46,108 nt of DNA from a virus. Made by a program: the position numbers and the translations under genes. The notes under the pieces are model-generated. The model ran no database searches. It saw only the letters and a list, made by a program, of their open reading frames with translations, and had not been told where the DNA came from. Positions 41,524 through 46,108 of this stretch are shown in pieces. The stretch covers positions 1 to 46,108 of the IMG/VR virus record IMGVR_UViG_3300032374_000005. One strand, given 5' to 3'. Each line of letters begins with the position of its first letter. The first letter of the stretch is position 1.

Positions 41524-41864
41524 CCGACCTCCCCACCCGCGCCGCCGCCCTGCGCGCTGAGATCGAACCGCTGCTGGCGGGGGCGACGCCGCTACCGTGG
41601 AAGGGCGGCGTCCTGGTTCATGATAAGGACGGCATTGGCCGTCAGATTGTTGAACGGATCGCCAGCGAGCGCGGCCAAGCCGTTGGCGCGATCATGTCGG
41701 ATGATCATCGCCTTATCGCTTTGCTGGCCACTACCGACGCCACGGTCCCCGAGGACAAGGCAAATGCCGCGCTCACCTGCGCCGCCGTCAACCTCTTCCC
41801 CGAGGCCCTGTCCATCATCGCAGAGCAAGCCGCGCGGATCGCGGAGCTGGAGGAAGGGAAGTGA
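41520..41864 (+). CDS. Ead/Ea22-like protein
   Basis: 114 aa from ATG 41520: MTDLPTRAAALRAEIEPLLAGATPLPWKGGVLVHDKDG...AEQAARIAELEEGK. Confidence 0.65.
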   Translation: MTDLPTRAAALRAEIEPLLAGATPLPWKGGVLVHDKDGIGRQIVERIASERGQAVGAIMSDDHRLIALLATTDATVPEDKANAALTCAAVNLFPEALSIIAEQAARIAELEEGK

Positions 41865-42166
41865 GCGAAATCGCGCGCGTGCTGATCGCCACTGCCGCCG
41901 GAATAACGGCAACATACGGCGCACCATATAACCTGCCGGCGTGCATTCTGATCCTGTGGCTCCTGCAGGACCGGGCGAAGTGGATGGCCTCGTTCGAGCG
42001 GCAGGTAGGCAAAACGGTCGTCGCCGCCACAAGAGATTTGACGAAAAATCGAAAGTTCGTTGGCGCGGCTGTCCACTCGTTCGCCAAATCAAAGATGAAC
42101 ACGCCCCAGGGCACCTTCTTCGTAACGGTTGAAGAGCAGCATAATCCTCAGGTGATCGACCTATGA
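41861..42166 (+). CDS. Hypothetical membrane-associated protein
   Basis: 101 aa, GTG start with GTGA overlap. Hydrophobic N-terminal half. G+C visibly lower. Confidence 0.55.
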   Translation: MSEIARVLIATAAGITATYGAPYNLPACILILWLLQDRAKWMASFERQVGKTVVAATRDLTKNRKFVGAAVHSFAKSKMNTPQGTFFVTVEEQHNPQVIDL

Positions 42167-42303
42167 CCCGCACCTACTGCCCCGCCGGCTACTACAAGCT
42201 CCCCACCGGCTGCGAACGCCGGCTTCCCGATGGCCGCACCATCCAGGCCCACGGCGAAGGCGCTCGGGAGGCGCTTGAGAAGGTGGAGGGGCGGGATGGG
42301 TAG
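42163..42303 (+). CDS. Small hypothetical protein (46 aa)
   Basis: ATGA overlap: MTRTYCPAGYYKLPTGCERRLPDGRTIQAHGEGAREALEKVEGRDG. Confidence 0.5.
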   Translation: MTRTYCPAGYYKLPTGCERRLPDGRTIQAHGEGAREALEKVEGRDG

Positions 42304-42538
42304 CGTAGCGCCCGACTGGCCCCGCATGATGAAGCGCGCCACGGCTGCTGCCTATTGCGACCTGTCCGCCGTCGAGTTCGAGCGGGAGGTCAGTGCCGGC
42401 CGCCTGCCGCAGCCGGTGCGCCTCGGAAATAGCGAGCACTGGAGCCGGGTCGCAATCGACGACATGCTTGAGCAGCTGTCCGGTGACGGCGCGCACGACT
42501 GGAGAAAGGGATCGCCGCTTTATGGCGCAGCCGCCTAA
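42296..42538 (+). CDS. xis: Excisionase / AlpA-like DNA-binding protein
   Basis: MMKRATAAAYCDLSAVEFEREVSAGRLPQPVRLGNSEHWSRVAIDDML is a typical small MerR/AlpA-type HTH. Lies directly upstream of int. Confidence 0.75.
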   Translation: MGSVAPDWPRMMKRATAAAYCDLSAVEFEREVSAGRLPQPVRLGNSEHWSRVAIDDMLEQLSGDGAHDWRKGSPLYGAAA

Positions 42539-43565
42539 GCGCTTCCCCTACATCAAGACCGTGCGAGCGCGGGGGCGCACGTACGAGTATTTCGACACCG
42601 GCACGATGCTGGCGGGGAAGAAGGTCTACAACCGCCTGCCGCCGCGGTCGGACAAGTCGTGGGGTCAGGTGTACGCCGGCATGGTCGCGGCCCGCCACGC
42701 GCGCCAGACAATCGTCTCGGTGCCGACTGTGGCCGAGATCAGTCGTGTCTATCAAGCAAGCGACCGTTTCAGGAAGCGCTCGGAATCGACGCAGGTGACC
42801 TACCTGATCTACCTGCGCCAGATCGAGACCCACCTCGGCATGGCGCCCGTCAGCGCGGTCGAGAAGCGCGACATCAAGGCGCTTATGGCGACCATGAAGG
42901 ATCGGCCGGGCGCGGCGAACATGACGCTGCTGGTTCTCCGCAATCTCTTCAAGTTGGCGATCGCGGAAGATCACATCGCCACCGATCCTTCCAAGGGCAT
43001 CGAGGAGCTGGAGGGCGAGGAAGCCGAGCACGAGCCCTGGCCCCTGCCCCTGCTTGAGGAAGCGCTGCAGGACCCCGAAGTGCGGCTGCCGGTCGCGCTG
43101 CTCTACTACACAGCCCAGCGGATCGGCGACGTGTGCAAGATGCGCTGGTCCGATATCCGCGACGGCTACCTGTTCGTGAAGCAGCAGAAGACCCGCAAGG
43201 AGCTTGATCTTCGGATCCACAGCGAGCTGGCGGCGATCTTGGCGCAGACGCCGCGCGAAGCCATGACGATCCTGTACGGCCCCAACCTCCGTCCGCGCCG
43301 CGCCGGCACCTTGCGCGACCACCTGCAGGCATGGGCGCGGAAGCGTGGCCAGCATGTCGTACCGCACGGGCTGCGGAAGAACGCCGTCATCGCGCTGCTG
43401 CAGATGGGCTGCAGCCTGGCCGAAACCTCGTCGATGTCGGGTCAGTCGCTTCGGATCGTGGAGCACTATGCCAAGCGCCGGAACAACCGGAAGCTGTCCA
43501 GTGCCGCCGTCCTGCGCTGGCAGGGAACAGATGGTGGCAATGGAAAACAGGAGAAAATCGGGTGA
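42522..43565 (+). CDS. int: Tyrosine integrase
   Basis: 347 aa from ATG 42522 (track ORF 42393..43565 trimmed). LLYYTAQRIGDVCKMRWSDI (Arg), HGLRKNAV (H-x-x-R), SLRIVEHYAK (Tyr). Confidence 0.9.
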   Translation: MAQPPKRFPYIKTVRARGRTYEYFDTGTMLAGKKVYNRLPPRSDKSWGQVYAGMVAARHARQTIVSVPTVAEISRVYQASDRFRKRSESTQVTYLIYLRQIETHLGMAPVSAVEKRDIKALMATMKDRPGAANMTLLVLRNLFKLAIAEDHIATDPSKGIEELEGEEAEHEPWPLPLLEEALQDPEVRLPVALLYYTAQRIGDVCKMRWSDIRDGYLFVKQQKTRKELDLRIHSELAAILAQTPREAMTILYGPNLRPRRAGTLRDHLQAWARKRGQHVVPHGLRKNAVIALLQMGCSLAETSSMSGQSLRIVEHYAKRRNNRKLSSAAVLRWQGTDGGNGKQEKIG

Positions 43566-43771
43566 GCGAATCAGCAGAAATCCTGGGGTCCCGCCTAAGA
43601 CGCCGTTATGCGGAAGCCGCAGTTTTCCGCGGCTGTTCGACTGGCGTTCTGGGAAATCAGGCCTCGCATTTGCGCGGGATACGGCGTCAAGCGGAAAACA
43701 CAATCGCCCCTCCCCTACTCCCGCGTGAACGGGGGTGGGTGGCGTGAGCGGGGAGGCGAGAGGAGGAAAGC

Positions 43772-44020
43772 ATGGATCCGAATAAGCGTGGCAATCCGCC
43801 TTTCGAGGCAAGCAGCTATGCGGCCGGCTTAGAGCGCCGGGTCAAGCGGCATGATCGTTGGCGAGCCCGCGCGGTTGAGGCGGCGCGCTGGCTTCTCGAC
43901 GGGACGCCGCACCAGCAGGACTTTGCCCGGCAGTGGTGGCGCGACCAGCTCGACCAGCCCGATGTTGTTCTATCCGCCCCTTGCCCCCTCACCCCACCTG
44001 ATCCACCCTCCCCCGCATGA
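43772..44020 (+). CDS. Hypothetical protein downstream of int
   Basis: 82 aa. Strong RBS AGGAGGAAAGC before the ATG. Trp/Arg-rich helical N-terminal part and a Pro-rich tail. Confidence 0.6.
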   Translation: MDPNKRGNPPFEASSYAAGLERRVKRHDRWRARAVEAARWLLDGTPHQQDFARQWWRDQLDQPDVVLSAPCPLTPPDPPSPA

Positions 44021-44034
44021 CGAATCAGGGGAGC

Positions 44035-44045
44035 GGCATGAGCCT
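44035..44045 (+). repeat. Direct repeat GGCATGAGCCT, copy 1
   Basis: Identical 11-mer at 44620-44630. This copy is preceded by AGGGGAG (44027-44033) and opens only a 25-codon ORF. Confidence 0.8.
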
Positions 44046-44619
44046 GATCGAGCGTGCTGCACGGGGATCGCGCCCCGGTGTACGTAGCCGAGCGGATCGG
44101 GGCTCTGGCGCGTAGCGATATCGCTACGCGAGGGCGGCGCGCAGTCCCTGCAGATCCGCAGGGACGCAATGGTTGGGATTCCCAACCTTTAAGGTGAGCA
44201 GTTCTCACGTTCATGGGTCTATCGGATTCCCGATGGACCCCACCTGCATAATCCGCTTCACAGGTTCCACCCGGGGCTACAGCGCCGAAGCGTGTTGAGA
44301 CTTACCCCGTTGGTCAGCGTGTCCTTCCACGCCGCCGCCTCTATCTGGTCGAGGTCGCGGCCACCCTAGCTTGCAAGGGCATCGGGCACCCACCTCGAAC
44401 TAGCCCAACCGGCAGGCCAGCACCGTCTTTCCGGCTGTCAGTCGCGCCTTATCCGGAGTTCCACCGGCTCGGTATTCGCGGTGCCTAGACACCTACTCCG
44501 CTCTTCTCGGGTCAACGCAGCCCCTCCCCTCTACCCCCTCCCGATTCGACACGCCAGCGATAATCGTGTAGCGGGCGCTGGTAGCGCTGGACGAGGTGAG
44601 TCGCGGGCGGTAGGGTGCG
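44046..44619. other. ORF-free, hairpin-dense block (candidate inserted element, structured RNA and/or attP)
   Basis: No credible ORF on either strand. 22-bp perfect palindrome at 44109-44130. Hairpins at 44144-44165, 44171-44187, 44194-44208 and 44215-44240. Repeated ATCCG...GTTCCACC units. C-rich tract at 44520-44543. Confidence 0.5.
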
Positions 44620-44630
44620 GGCATGAGCCT
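44620..44630 (+). repeat. Direct repeat GGCATGAGCCT, copy 2 (contains the ATG of 44623..44955)
   Basis: Identical to 44035-44045. Confidence 0.8.
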
Positions 44631-44955
44631 CGTTTTCACCATAGAGCCACGAGGCGGGTGGAAAGCTGGCGACCGCGCCTACTGTGTTCGCGGGTCGCGG
44701 CGGACCTCGCCTACCCTTGAGGCTGGTAAGGTCTACGTCGTCGCGGAAGTCCTGCCGCTTGAGAACATGGTGGGCGATGGACTTGTCATCGAAGGCGTCC
44801 AGCTGCCAGACGGCCATAGAGGCACTTACAGTAGTCGTTTCGTTCGCCTACCGTCTGATGGCACAGCTGGGGCCGCAGTCGAGAGAATGGTCAAGCGGTC
44901 GTGGTGCGAGGCCTATATGATCAACACCGGGCAGGCCGATCAGCTGCCCGCCTAG
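44623..44955 (+). CDS. Hypothetical protein (moron-like)
   Basis: 110 aa: MSLVFTIEPRGGWKAGDRAYCVRGSRRTSPTLEAGKVYVVAEVLPLENMVGDGLVIEGVQL... Preferred over the antisense ORF 44512..44817. Confidence 0.6.
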   Translation: MSLVFTIEPRGGWKAGDRAYCVRGSRRTSPTLEAGKVYVVAEVLPLENMVGDGLVIEGVQLPDGHRGTYSSRFVRLPSDGTAGAAVERMVKRSWCEAYMINTGQADQLPA

Positions 44956-45015
44956 CCCCTTTCCTACACCCCGCCGTTCTGCATACGTTCCCGCTCCACC
45001 ACAGGAGCGATTCGC

Positions 45016-45291
45016 ATGCGCCAGGTAGACGAGCCCGAGCTTATCCAGATGATCCAGCGCGCAATGCAGGGCTGGACCCCCGCGTTATTCAAGCGGATGC
45101 AGCACCACGACCCTGACGAGCGCCTCAAAGGCAGGCTGCTCGCCGCCACGCTGATTGCGGATCGCATGAAGCGGCTGGAAATCCTCTCCTCCGCACCTGA
45201 GGGGCCGCCGGTGAACTATGCGGCGCTCTCGGGCACGTCGGGGATGCCAGCGCAGGATGAGGATGGGTATGCGCGGAAGCTGACGGGGTGA
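45016..45291 (+). CDS. Hypothetical protein (moron-like)
   Basis: 91 aa. AGGAG RBS. Convergent with the fibre gene end. Confidence 0.65.
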   Translation: MRQVDEPELIQMIQRAMQGWTPALFKRMQHHDPDERLKGRLLAATLIADRMKRLEILSSAPEGPPVNYAALSGTSGMPAQDEDGYARKLTG

Positions 45292-45346
45292 TCAGATGCC
45301 GGTGAGCGCCGGCGCGCGGTGGTAGCAGGTGAAGGGCGCGGCGGGC

Positions 45347-46108
45347 CTAGATCATCGCCTGCTCGCCGCGCACCAGCGTCGGGCGCAGATAGCCGCCCGG
45401 CACGTCGCTGCCCCCGACCACCTGGACATAGAGGGTCGGGTTCGTCCGCCCGATCGCCGCGATCATGCCGGCCGTGTTCAGGCGCAGAGCGATTACCTCG
45501 CCGTAGTGAAAGGTGCCGCGGCCGGGATATGCCGTGGCCTGGGCAGCCTGGAAGCTGCCATCCGGCTTGAGGTACATGCTCGCGTTGTTCGAGCCGTTGA
45601 AGAAGGACGCACGGGCAGACCAGCCGAGCCGCCCCACGACCGGGATGGCCAGGCTCATCACCGGCTCGCCAGTCAGGTCGACCGTGACGCCCCAGCGAAG
45701 CGGATCGGCCGTGGAGTCCTCGCTTATGCCGCCGGTGAAAAGGTCGGTGCTGGTCGTGATCGTGCCGCTCGAAAAGCCGACCTGCTGGAAGGCGGCGCCG
45801 GTGCGGTCGGTGCAGCGATACAAGCCCACGTCCCGCATCGCCGCCGCTTCGGCCTCCAAGGCCGTCGCGCCAGCCGCGATCGCTGCATTGTAGAGCGCAT
45901 GATCGAAGCGACGCGCAGGGCCGACCAGCACGCCCCGGGTGAAGGCATTGGCATATTCCTGCCCTTCGCGCAGCGTCGCATAGTCCGGATCGCCCGCCAG
46001 GAGAGCGCATGGCAGGATGCGCGGCGTGGGGGCGAGATAGTCGCCGCAGCCGGTGACAGGCACGCCGCCCGTGCGGGTGAGATTGATCTCGTAGAAGCGC
46101 CCCGAGAG
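45347..46108 (-). CDS. 3' part of the SGNH-domain fibre gene (same gene as 1..2713). 45982..46108 duplicates 1..127.
   Basis: Track ORF 45347..46063 begins at an internal GTG. The frame is open to the right edge and continuous with the minus-strand frame at 1..2713. Beta-rich C-terminal domain, stop TAG at 45347. Confidence 0.8.
   Translation of the reverse strand, partial: LSGRFYEINLTRTGGVPVTGCGDYLAPTPRILPCALLAGDPDYATLREGQEYANAFTRGVLVGPARRFDHALYNAAIAAGATALEAEAAAMRDVGLYRCTDRTGAAFQQVGFSSGTITTSTDLFTGGISEDSTADPLRWGVTVDLTGEPVMSLAIPVVGRLGWSARASFFNGSNNASMYLKPDGSFQAAQATAYPGRGTFHYGEVIALRLNTAGMIAAIGRTNPTLYVQVVGGSDVPGGYLRPTLVRGEQAMI
45982..46108. repeat. Right copy of exact 127-bp terminal overlap
   Basis: Identical to 1..127. 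Confidence 0.95.

Noticed and set aside
43816-44214. 132-aa minus-strand ORF across the post-int region, and the 44512..44817 minus-strand ORF.
   Set aside because: They are Arg/Ser/Ala-rich, antisense to better-supported plus-strand genes (43772..44020, 44623..44955), and have no RBS. They are treated as non-coding.
44400-44475. A minus-strand stretch GGTGGAACTCCGGATAAGGCGCGACTGACAGCCGG that loosely resembles the cobalamin riboswitch core.
   Set aside because: The conserved CCCGCCACTG/B12-box elements are not present, and there is no downstream gene on that strand that such a riboswitch could regulate.
44530-44560. A GATTCGAC motif resembling the tmRNA 5' region, which raised the idea of a (two-piece) tmRNA or a tmRNA-derived attP.
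   Set aside because: There is no preceding GGGG acceptor strand, no T-arm/CCA end, and no tag-like ANDN...LAA reading frame nearby. It is an isolated 8-mer match only.
43566-44622. A tRNA gene or tRNA 3'-fragment as the attP core near int.
   Set aside because: Scanning by eye found no T-arm (GGTTCGAAT-like stem-loop) or acceptor/CCA pattern on either strand. The integration target therefore remains unknown. A proper tRNAscan and host comparison are still needed.

Overview
The window is one complete, circularly closed phage genome. Bases 1-127 recur exactly at 45982-46108, so the unit length is 46108-127 = 45,981 bp. It is a temperate, lambda-like siphovirus or excised prophage: Nu1/gpA-type terminase, gpW, lambda-type portal, G/GT frameshift, tape measure, excisionase and tyrosine integrase. 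G+C is visibly high but was not computed. GTA-like tail-tip genes suggest an alphaproteobacterial host; this is inference only.

Layout:
- A genetic switch sits at about 31.9 kb, with divergent HTH genes and a repeated TTCGCA-N3-TGCGAA operator.
- The leftward (minus-strand) arm runs: Cro-like HTH, Cys/His protein, orphan C5 DNA methyltransferase, regulators, RusA, replisome organiser with ori-like repeats inside it, and a primase-helicase whose Zn ribbon is out of frame. It continues with packaging, protease-capsid fusion, connectors, tail, tail tip, collagen-like fibre, lysis cassette (holin, GH19 endolysin, embedded Rz/Rz1) and a ~1115-aa SGNH-hydrolase fibre gene that wraps the window origin.
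- The rightward (plus-strand) arm runs: HTH, pentapeptide-repeat protein, about 25 mostly small unknown early genes (including an HNH endonuclease, PD-(D/E)XK exonuclease plus RecT, HD-like hydrolase, DUF551- and DUF4326-like proteins, duplicated Ead-like genes), then xis and int. After int come a 602-bp ORF-free hairpin-dense block and small moron-like genes.

No rRNA, tRNA or CRISPR array was recognised. Most long plus-strand ORFs in 1-24 kb are antisense shadows of minus-strand genes. Several real genes are shorter than 60 aa or use GTG starts and are missing from, or mis-bounded in, the ORF track.

Best candidates for something new:
1. The repeat-bracketed, structure-rich non-coding block at 44.0-44.6 kb next to int.
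2. The first rightward early gene, a pentapeptide-repeat protein with near-identical 15-nt DNA units.
3. Four paralogous small proteins (two with DxDGDGVPD Ca-binding-like motifs) interleaved with the head-tail connector genes.
4. A convergent pair of lipoprotein morons inside the tail-tip module.

All functional calls rest on motif recognition by eye. No database search was run.
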